Shown here: in pieces, positions 56,700 to 64,000 of the stretch
Numbering within the stretch: the first letter of the stretch is position 1
Layout of the letters: every line of letters begins with the position of its first letter
Notes under the pieces: generated by a model
Database searches by the model: none
Seen by the model: the letters and a program-made list of their open reading frames with translations, nothing else
Told to the model about the DNA's origin: nothing
Origin: Eubacteriales bacterium
GTDB lineage: Bacteria; Bacillota; Clostridia; Oscillospirales; CAG-272
Direction of reading: 5' to 3'
DNA length: 64,000 nucleotides
Assembly: GCA_034178705.1 (NCBI GenBank)
Contig: JAXFQY010000076.1
Span: 65 to 64,064, forward strand
Made by a program: the position numbers and the translations under genes

Positions 56700-57487
56700 G
56701 ATGATAATCCGAAGAAACGCAATGCGTTCCGCGTTGTGATCCTTTCTGCTTCCTCCGCAGAGATTCCCCGTGCATTGGCAAGCGCTTCTAAAGTAAACCG
56801 CATCAAAGAGGAACGGTTCAGCTCCCCGCGATGCGGATGCGGGGCAAGATAGGGACAATCGGTTTCAATAAGAATGCGATCCTCCGGCACAACACGGGCA
56901 GCTTCCCGCACCTTCGGTGCATTTTTGAAGCTGACAGTACCGGAAAAGGAAAGATAGCACCCCAGACGGACCGCCTCCCGTGCAGTTTCGGCACTGCCGC
57001 TGAAGCTGTGCAGCAAGCAACGGGCGGCGGGATGCTCACGAAGCACAGAAAGCGTGTCTGCGTGTGCTTCCCGATCATGAATAAGCACAGGGAGCCCGTA
57101 ACGCTCCGCAAGCGAAAGCTGTCTGTCAAACGCAATACGCTGCAAAACGCGGTCGGTATCCTCATAGTGATAATCAAAGCCGATTTCTCCGAGCGCAACA
57201 ATTGCAAGACGCTCCCGGTCCCGCAGCAGTTCCTCAAGTTCGGAGAGAGCCCGGTCAAGACGCGGAAGTTTCTGCGCATCGCATGGATGAATGCCGGCTG
57301 CCGCAAACAGCCTCCCCGGATACCGGAGGCCCTGTTCGGATGCGAGACGAGAGCTGGGAATATCCCAGCCAACATTGATAATTCCCGTCACTCCGGCATC
57401 GAAGGCATCCTCAACGGCGCCCTGCCAACCGCCCGGAAACTCCTCATCAAAGCGGGGATTATTATAATGTGCATGTGTATCGAACAT
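56696..57487 (-). CDS. tatD: TatD-family metal-dependent hydrolase
   Basis: 263 aa. N-terminus MFDTHAHY, plus GEIGFDYHY, IHDREAH and ETDCPYLAP. Confidence 0.92.
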   Translation of the reverse strand: MFDTHAHYNNPRFDEEFPGGWQGAVEDAFDAGVTGIINVGWDIPSSRLASEQGLRYPGRLFAAAGIHPCDAQKLPRLDRALSELEELLRDRERLAIVALGEIGFDYHYEDTDRVLQRIAFDRQLSLAERYGLPVLIHDREAHADTLSVLREHPAARCLLHSFSGSAETAREAVRLGCYLSFSGTVSFKNAPKVREAARVVPEDRILIETDCPYLAPHPHRGELNRSSLMRFTLEALANARGISAEEAERITTRNALRFFGLSS

Positions 57488-57496
57488 AGGAAAGCC

Positions 57497-59467
57497 TTAC
57501 CGGATACGCGCACCGAGCGGAGTAGCATCATCAAGGAAGAGAACCCGGACGTCTTCCTCTCCGGCAGCAAGAATCATGCCGTTGCTTTCGACGCCGCAGA
57601 GAACAACTGGTTCCAGATTGGCAACAATCGCAAGTTTCCGCCCGATCAGCTCCTCCGGCTGATAAAATTTTGCAATACCGGAGACAATCTGCCGTTTTTC
57701 ATAACCGAGATCCATAACAAACCGCAGCAGCTTCTTTGATTTTGCAACCTTTTCACACTCAACAACCTGCGCACAGCGAAGCTCAACGGACATGAATGTA
57801 TCGTAATCAATCCGGGGAAGCTTTTCCGGAGCTGCGGGAGCTGTTTCTTTTTTCTCTTTGTTTGCCTGATCGGCAGTCTCCGCAAGCTGACGCTGCCTCT
57901 CCTCTTCGAAATCGGCAAGGAACTGCTTTTCATCGATTCGGGCAAACAGAGCGGTCGTAACCGATGTACGTCCGCCGGGAGCGAGGCAACCGAAAGAAAG
58001 ATCATCAAAGGTTCTGCGATCGGTTGCGAGAAGATCAAGAATTTTTTCCGCTGTTGCAGGAATATACGGAAGCATCAGCACAGCACCGATTCGGATTGCT
58101 TCAAGCAGATTATAAAGCACTGTTCCGAGTCTGGCTTTTGTATTCTCCGACTTCGCAAGAACCCATGGAGTTGTTTCATCAATATATTTGTTGGCACGGC
58201 GGAAAACCTCATTGATTGCCGCAATGGCATCCGCAAAATGAAGCTCATCCGCAAGTTTGAGTGCCTTCGCCGCACTGTCCCGACAAACAGAGGCAAGCTC
58301 CGCATCGACCGGCTCTTCCGAGGACGGCGCCTGGATCACTCCGCCGAAGTACTTTTCATTCATCGCAAGGGTCCGGGAAACCAGATTTCCGAGGGTGTTT
58401 GCAAGATCCGTGTTGTATCTGCCGATTACCGACTCATAGGTTATACTTCCGTCCGATGCATAGGGCATCTCGGCAAGGGCATAATAGCGCACACCGTCTG
58501 CTCCGATCTTTTCTGCAAGCTTATCGGCATAAATCACATTTCCGAGTGACTTGCTCATCTTATCGGATCCGAAATTAAACCAGGGATGTCCGAAAATTTT
58601 CTTCGGAAGCGGAAGATCCAAAGCCATCAGGATAATCGGCCAGTAAATAGTGTGAAAACGAAGAATGTCCTTGCCGATAATATGAATGTCGGCGGGCCAG
58701 TTCTTTTTGAACAGCTCCGGCTGCTCGATATTTGCAGGATCATAACCGATGCCGGTAATATAATTGCAAAGCGCATCGACCCAAACATAGATTACATGCT
58801 TCGGGTCGACCGGGGCAGGAATTCCCCAACGGAAGGACGTACGGGTAACACAGAGATCCTGGAGTCCGGCGTTGAGAAAATTGTTGATCATTTCCTTTTT
58901 CCGACTCTCCGGTTCAATGAAACCGGGATGCTCGTTGATATAGGCAATCAGGCGGTCGGCATAGGCACTCATCCGGAAGAAATAGGCTTCCTCGCTCGCA
59001 CGGACAAGCGGTCTTCCGCAATCGGGACATTTCCCCGGCTCCTTGATTTGGGAATCCGTAAAGAATGCCTCGTCCGGTGTGCAGTACCACCCCTCATAGG
59101 TTCCCTTATAAATATCCCCCTTATCATAGAGCTTCTGAAAAATATGCGCAACTGCCGCCTCATGGTCAGGGTCGGTAGTGCGGATAAACCGATCATAGCT
59201 CGCTCCCATCAGGTCCCAGACTGAACGGATCTCTCCGGAAACACCGTCAACATACTGCTTTGGTGTTACTCCGGCCTGTTCGGCACGATTTTCAATCTTC
59301 AAACCGTGCTCGTCTGTTCCGGTAAGAAAATGAACATCATATCCGCACATTCTTTTATAGCGGGCAAGCGCGTCCGCCAGGATGATCTCATACGTATTAC
59401 CGAAATGCGGCTTTGCGGATGCATACGCAATCGCCGTAGTCATATAAAACTTACCCTTGTTTTCCAT
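57497..59467 (-). CDS. metG: methionine--tRNA ligase with C-terminal tRNA-binding domain
   Basis: 656 aa. HIGH-like PHFGNTYE, KMSKS motif, zinc knuckle CPDCG, and a C-terminal EMAP/Trbp-like domain. Confidence 0.96.
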   Translation of the reverse strand: MENKGKFYMTTAIAYASAKPHFGNTYEIILADALARYKRMCGYDVHFLTGTDEHGLKIENRAEQAGVTPKQYVDGVSGEIRSVWDLMGASYDRFIRTTDPDHEAAVAHIFQKLYDKGDIYKGTYEGWYCTPDEAFFTDSQIKEPGKCPDCGRPLVRASEEAYFFRMSAYADRLIAYINEHPGFIEPESRKKEMINNFLNAGLQDLCVTRTSFRWGIPAPVDPKHVIYVWVDALCNYITGIGYDPANIEQPELFKKNWPADIHIIGKDILRFHTIYWPIILMALDLPLPKKIFGHPWFNFGSDKMSKSLGNVIYADKLAEKIGADGVRYYALAEMPYASDGSITYESVIGRYNTDLANTLGNLVSRTLAMNEKYFGGVIQAPSSEEPVDAELASVCRDSAAKALKLADELHFADAIAAINEVFRRANKYIDETTPWVLAKSENTKARLGTVLYNLLEAIRIGAVLMLPYIPATAEKILDLLATDRRTFDDLSFGCLAPGGRTSVTTALFARIDEKQFLADFEEERQRQLAETADQANKEKKETAPAAPEKLPRIDYDTFMSVELRCAQVVECEKVAKSKKLLRFVMDLGYEKRQIVSGIAKFYQPEELIGRKLAIVANLEPVVLCGVESNGMILAAGEEDVRVLFLDDATPLGARIR

Positions 59468-59471
59468 ATCC

Positions 59472-61568
59472 TCACACTTTCTTGAATATCATGTCTCCGA
59501 CAGACGGATAAGGCCAAATGTCCGGCGGAATATGCAGCTCACATTCATCCGCTGCCTCACGCAGCCTTCTCATCGCCGGCTTGATCTCGTCACAATAGAA
59601 GCAAGCAAGTCGATAAAGATCGTTGCGATATTTTTCCGTATTTTCCGAAAGGCTGCGAAGCTCAGACAGCCGTTCATAAAACCTCTGTTCCAGAACGGAA
59701 AGCACAGAAAGCTCCGCAAGCTCGGTTACAGGCTCCTGCCCTGTTGCGGCACGGCGCGAAAGAATCCGCTCTGAGAGCAGTCCTGCGTAGCGGCTGATCG
59801 CCGGATAGAGATCCCTTGACGACATCTCCAGCATCGTCAGAACCTCGATATTGAGCGTTTTGCAATAGGTTTCCAGCTGAATTTCATATCGTGCGCGAAG
59901 CTCGGTTTCAGAATAAACCTTCTGATTGGTAAAGACGCGGATCGCTTTTTCACTGACAAGGCAGGGCACGGCATCAACCGTCGTTTCAAGATTGGCAAGT
60001 CCGCGACGCCGGGCCTCGGTGCGCCATGCTTCCGTGTATCCGTCCCCGTTGAAAATGATCCTCTTATGGTCACGGTAGGTTTCCCGAACGATTGCGCGAA
60101 CCTCTGCCGAAAAATCCTCAGCCCTTTCCAACCGGTCTGCAAAGCCGGACAATACCTCGGCAACCGTGGTGTTCAGCACGGTGTTCGGTCCTGCAATTGA
60201 CATAGCGGAGCCGGGCATGCGGAATTCGAATTTATTTCCGGTAAAGGCAAAGGGGGATGTGCGGTTACGGTCGGTTGTGTCCTTGCGAAGCCGCGGAAGC
60301 GAATGAATTCCGATCGGAAGATAGGATGTCCCGCTGGTCTTATAGCTCTCCTCCCGCTCAATGGAGTCAAGGATCCCCTGAAGCTCCTCTCCAATAAAAA
60401 TGGAGACAATTGCGGGAGGCGCCTCATTGGCGCCGAGACGGTGATCATTCCCCGCCGTTGCCACAGAGAGACGAAGAAGATCCTGATACTCGTCAACAGC
60501 ACGGATGACCGCAGAGAAGAATAACAGAAACTGCGCGTTTTCCGAAGGGGATTTTCCGGGATCCAGGAGATTGATTCCGGTATCGGTACAGAGGGACCAG
60601 TTGTTATGCTTGCCGGAACCGTTAATCCCTTCAAAGGGCTTTTCATGCAGCAGGCAGACAAGTCCGTGCCGGCGCGCTACGCGCTTCATCGCCTCCATGA
60701 TCAGTTGGTTCTGATCGGTTGCGGTATTGACATCTGAAAAAATCGGCGCGAGCTCATGCTGGGCGGGTGCCGCCTCGTTATGTTTGGTTTTGGCAAAAAC
60801 GCCAAGCTTCCACAGTTCCTCGTCAAGATCCTGCATGTAGGCGGAAATTCGCGGCTTAATGGAGCCGAAGTAATGATCGTCCATTTCCTGCCCCTTTGGC
60901 GGCTTGGCACCAAAGAGGGCATGACCGGCATATTTCAGATCCCGGCGCTTTTCATAATATTCCCGGTCGATCAGAAAATACTCCTGCTCGGCACCTACCA
61001 TCGGAATCACGCGGCGCGCGTCCGAATGTCCGAACAGATGAACGACACGCAATGCCTGTCTGTTGATCGCCTCTACCGACTTAAGAAGCGGCGTCTTTTT
61101 ATCCAGCGCCTCCCCTCCGTATGAACAGAAAACAGTCGGAATACACAGTGAGCCGTCCTTGATGAAGGCATAAGAGGACGGATCCCACGCGGTATAGCCT
61201 CGCGCTTCAAAAGTGGCGCGCAGTCCGCCCGAAGGGAAGGAGGAAGCATCCGGCTCTCCCTTAATCAGCTCCTTCCCGGAAAACTCCATGATAACAGTCC
61301 CGTCCTTCCGGGGTGTAAGAAAGCTGTCATGCTTTTCAGCGGTAATGCCGGTCATCGGCTGAAACCAGTGGGTATAATGCGTTGCCCCATGCTCAACAGC
61401 CCAGTCCTTCATGGCGGAGGCAACGGCACTTGCGGTATCCGGTCGGAGCTCTGAGCCCTCCTCCACAGTTTTCTTCAGCGCGGCATAAACCTCCGGAGCA
61501 AGACGCTCACGCATGACCTTGTCGTTAAAAACCATGGAACCGAACAGCTCGGGAATCGATTTTTCCAT
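59472..61568 (-). CDS. glnN: glutamine synthetase type III
   Basis: 698 aa. N-terminal ...GATHYTHWFQPMTG... and overall length typical of GSIII. Confidence 0.9.
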   Translation of the reverse strand: MEKSIPELFGSMVFNDKVMRERLAPEVYAALKKTVEEGSELRPDTASAVASAMKDWAVEHGATHYTHWFQPMTGITAEKHDSFLTPRKDGTVIMEFSGKELIKGEPDASSFPSGGLRATFEARGYTAWDPSSYAFIKDGSLCIPTVFCSYGGEALDKKTPLLKSVEAINRQALRVVHLFGHSDARRVIPMVGAEQEYFLIDREYYEKRRDLKYAGHALFGAKPPKGQEMDDHYFGSIKPRISAYMQDLDEELWKLGVFAKTKHNEAAPAQHELAPIFSDVNTATDQNQLIMEAMKRVARRHGLVCLLHEKPFEGINGSGKHNNWSLCTDTGINLLDPGKSPSENAQFLLFFSAVIRAVDEYQDLLRLSVATAGNDHRLGANEAPPAIVSIFIGEELQGILDSIEREESYKTSGTSYLPIGIHSLPRLRKDTTDRNRTSPFAFTGNKFEFRMPGSAMSIAGPNTVLNTTVAEVLSGFADRLERAEDFSAEVRAIVRETYRDHKRIIFNGDGYTEAWRTEARRRGLANLETTVDAVPCLVSEKAIRVFTNQKVYSETELRARYEIQLETYCKTLNIEVLTMLEMSSRDLYPAISRYAGLLSERILSRRAATGQEPVTELAELSVLSVLEQRFYERLSELRSLSENTEKYRNDLYRLACFYCDEIKPAMRRLREAADECELHIPPDIWPYPSVGDMIFKKV

Positions 61569-62234
61569 TCAAACACAACCTTTCAAAGCGGCGACAGCCG
61601 CTTTCCTGTCTTTTTTACCGAATACGGCGCTTCCGGCAACCAGAACATCGCAGCCCGCGGAACGCAGAAGGGCGGCATTTGCGTCGCTGACGCCGCCGTC
61701 AACCTCAATAAGATAATTCGCACCAAGTCGCCGGCGCTCCGCCGCAAGCCATTCAATTTTCGGAAGCATTTCGGGCATGAAGCGCTGTCCGGAAAAACCG
61801 GGATTGACCGTCATGACCAGAACAAGCGCAAGGCGGTCAAGATAGGGTGCGATACTCTCAACCGGGGTATCCGGTTTTATCGACAACCCCGGACGACAGC
61901 CGAAATCACGAATTGCATCCAGTGTCTCACCGATATTCCGGCACGCCTCTGCGTGAACGGTAATACCATCCGCTCCCGCTCTTTGGAAATCCTCAAGATA
62001 GCGGATCGGCTCGGTAATCATGAGATGGACGTCAAAAAAGAGCTCAGTTTTGTCGCGAAGCGCAGCAATAACCGGGGCGCCGAAGGTAATATTCGGCGCA
62101 AATACGCCGTCGATCACATCGAGATGGAGCCACTCGGCACCGGCAGTCTCAATGTCGGAAATCTCCTTTTTCAGGTCGGAAAAATCCGCCGAAAGCAAGG
62201 AGGGGGAAACAAGGGTATTATTTTTGATGCTCAT
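61569..62234 (-). CDS. rpe: ribulose-phosphate 3-epimerase
   Basis: 221 aa from ATG 62234 (ggag RBS). Contains SPSLLSADF, HLDVIDG and MTVNPGFSGQ. The track ORF extends spuriously to 62480. Confidence 0.92.
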   Translation of the reverse strand: MSIKNNTLVSPSLLSADFSDLKKEISDIETAGAEWLHLDVIDGVFAPNITFGAPVIAALRDKTELFFDVHLMITEPIRYLEDFQRAGADGITVHAEACRNIGETLDAIRDFGCRPGLSIKPDTPVESIAPYLDRLALVLVMTVNPGFSGQRFMPEMLPKIEWLAAERRRLGANYLIEVDGGVSDANAALLRSAGCDVLVAGSAVFGKKDRKAAVAALKGCV

Positions 62235-62359
62235 AACCGCTCCGGAAAATACTGTCGCCGGACGGCAAAACGCCATATCATGATAACAAGACAGGACGCT
62301 GCCGCGGCGTATCGGAATAAAAAAGCAAACGATGTAAAAGAACTGCGCGCCGCGGCACG

Positions 62360-62848
62360 TCACGGGGAAATCCGTTCGATCAACACGGTGCAGGATGCCG
62401 CAACGGCACGCCCCTCCCCGATGTCCCCGAGCTTTTCTCCGGTTTTTGCCTTGACGCTGACAGCGTCTCTGGCGCAGCATAGATCCTCAGACAGCCGCGC
62501 GCAAATAGCATCCATGTACGGGGAAAGCTTCGGTCGCTGCAAAAACACGGTGGCATCGAGGTTAATCAGTGTATAACCTTCTCTCCGGACAAGCCGATAG
62601 GTCTCTTTTAGCAGTTCCCTGCTGTCTGCACCCGAATAGCGCGGATCAGTATCCGGGAAAAGCCTACCGATGTCTCCGAGCGCAGCGGCACCGAGCAACG
62701 CGTCACATACTGCATGGAGCAGGACATCCGCGTCGGAATGCCCGAGCGCGCCGAGAGAAGAATCAATCAAAATACCCCCGAGCAGCAAGTCCCGCCCGGG
62801 CACAAGACGGTGAATATCATGGCCTTCGCCGATCCGCAATGCAGTCAT
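62360..62848 (-). CDS. ispF: 2-C-methyl-D-erythritol 2,4-cyclodiphosphate synthase
   Basis: 162 aa. Contains IGEGHDIHRL and GHSDADVLLHA. Confidence 0.93.
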   Translation of the reverse strand: MTALRIGEGHDIHRLVPGRDLLLGGILIDSSLGALGHSDADVLLHAVCDALLGAAALGDIGRLFPDTDPRYSGADSRELLKETYRLVRREGYTLINLDATVFLQRPKLSPYMDAICARLSEDLCCARDAVSVKAKTGEKLGDIGEGRAVAASCTVLIERISP

Positions 62849-63609
62849 ACGTTTTCCTTCTCCCTCCGCGCGGACAGGATGGCTTCGGCAATTACAAGAT
62901 CCTCTGGATAGGTGATTTTTATATTATCCTTCGGGCACGGAACCGTGCGCACCTCAAAGCCGTAATGCTCGGCAAGCGCAGCATCGTCAGTTGCGACGAA
63001 CCCCTCCTGCTGTGCGGTGTAAGCAACCGCCCGAAAAACGTTGGCGCGAAAAATCTGGGGCGTTGCCGCCGCCATAAGATGAGAGCGGTCAAGCGTTGTT
63101 TTTACCCTGCCGAGTGCGTCTGTTTCCTTCATGGTATCGCTGACGGGCATAGCGGCAATAGCGCAGGTACGGCAGGCGAGTGCTTCGCGGAAAACCTTTG
63201 TGATCGTTTCCGGAGTCACAAGGCAACGCGCGGCATCATGGAACGCAACGTAGTCCGCCTTTTCACTGACTGCAGCAAAGCCGCGGATCGAGGAAGCGCC
63301 GCGCGTTTCTCCCCCCACAGCAGCACCGCGATATTTTGTAACGGCGTATTCTTTTGCCATTGTGTTGTATAAATTCTCTTCTCCCTGCCGACAGACAACA
63401 ACAATTTCCTCCACATCGGGACAGGCCTCAAAGGCAAGCAGGGAGCGGGCAACGACAGGGACACCGCCGAGCGGCAGAAGCTGCTTCGGTAACTCCCCAC
63501 CCATTCTGCTTCCGGCGCCGCCTGCAAGAATCACAACAGCAAGTACTTTCTTTCTCGCACCGGTAACAGCACGAAAAACATCCTGAATTTTTCCCATTGC
63601 TCCGCTCAT
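62845..63609 (-). CDS. ispD: 2-C-methyl-D-erythritol 4-phosphate cytidylyltransferase
   Basis: Contains VILAGGAGSRMG...PKQLL. The start may be Met1 or Met5. 4-nt overlaps on both sides. Confidence 0.9.
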   Translation of the reverse strand: MSGAMGKIQDVFRAVTGARKKVLAVVILAGGAGSRMGGELPKQLLPLGGVPVVARSLLAFEACPDVEEIVVVCRQGEENLYNTMAKEYAVTKYRGAAVGGETRGASSIRGFAAVSEKADYVAFHDAARCLVTPETITKVFREALACRTCAIAAMPVSDTMKETDALGRVKTTLDRSHLMAAATPQIFRANVFRAVAYTAQQEGFVATDDAALAEHYGFEVRTVPCPKDNIKITYPEDLVIAEAILSARREKENV

Positions 63610-63938
63610 TTCCTGTAATAAACATAAAACGCGGTTATAGTATGCACTTCTCCGTTTCTCTCAAGATCCGGCGCAGTCAGAACCACACCGTCATGAGAAA
63701 GCAGCTCCCATGCGTCCAACTCCGCAATTTTTGCACGCAGCAGGGTCTTCCCGGGAACATGAACGATGAACTCATCGTCCTTGATTGCAAGCGAACCGTC
63801 TCTGCCGATCACATTTTCCACATTGTCAACACGCTCCGTTACATAGCGGATATGCTGCCCGGCAATACGCCGCGCCATCTCTTCACGGAATGCTTTTGTG
63901 CCCGGCTTAGGCTTTCTCATGAAAATTTTTGGAAGCAT
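63606..63938 (-). CDS. hypothetical protein
   Basis: 110 aa with the RBS agaggacgaaagATG. 4-nt overlap with ispD. I recognise no motif. Confidence 0.45.
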   Translation of the reverse strand: MLPKIFMRKPKPGTKAFREEMARRIAGQHIRYVTERVDNVENVIGRDGSLAIKDDEFIVHVPGKTLLRAKIAELDAWELLSHDGVVLTAPDLERNGEVHTITAFYVYYRK

Positions 63939-64000
63939 CTTTCGTCCTCTTTTAACAGAAATCTTGCAAAACCGGAACGACTGTGCTATGATATGGAATA

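Noticed and set aside
59468-59471. T-box leader upstream of metG
   Set aside because: metG starts 4 nt after the glnN stop, so there is no room for a leader. The gene is co-transcribed within the array.

Overview
This window looks like a core chromosomal segment of a spore-forming Firmicute, probably Clostridia-like. Supporting signs are SpoIID- and SpoIVB-type genes, a CIRCE operator on groESL, a type III glutamine synthetase and heterodimeric ABC exporters. GC looks moderately high by eye but was not computed. I call about 60 protein genes, nearly all housekeeping. They include secA, prfA, prfB, groES/groEL, clpB, metG, ackA, hom, birA, ispD/ispF, rpe, coaE, uppP, trxA and tatD. They are packed into very compact co-directional arrays separated by clear hairpin terminators and several near-consensus sigma-A promoters. 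I found no rRNA, tRNA, CRISPR array, transposase, integrase or recognisable defence gene, so the window is mostly ordinary. All product calls rest on motif recognition by eye, because no database search was possible. Many ORF-track starts were moved to internal ATGs that have a Shine-Dalgarno sequence. The observations most worth a second look are: (1) an SPFH/band-7 gene coupled to a ribbon-helix-helix gene, behind a promoter buried in a perfect 14-bp inverted repeat; (2) a tatD / radical-SAM / FTR-like CPC-CxC-CHC miniprotein / thioredoxin block; (3) an uncharacterised RHH-domain gene co-transcribed with clpB, with no CIRCE or CtsR box; (4) two related polytopic membrane proteins translationally coupled behind secA; (5) a frameshift at a (CGGA)2 repeat that cuts off the conserved C-terminus of one ABC half-transporter; (6) an EF-G paralog lacking the catalytic switch-II histidine; (7) two gene-free intergenic islands (3513-4133, which is AT-rich, and 27700-28099) with orphan promoter and terminator signals. 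None of these is proven to be a new system, and the interest scores reflect that.
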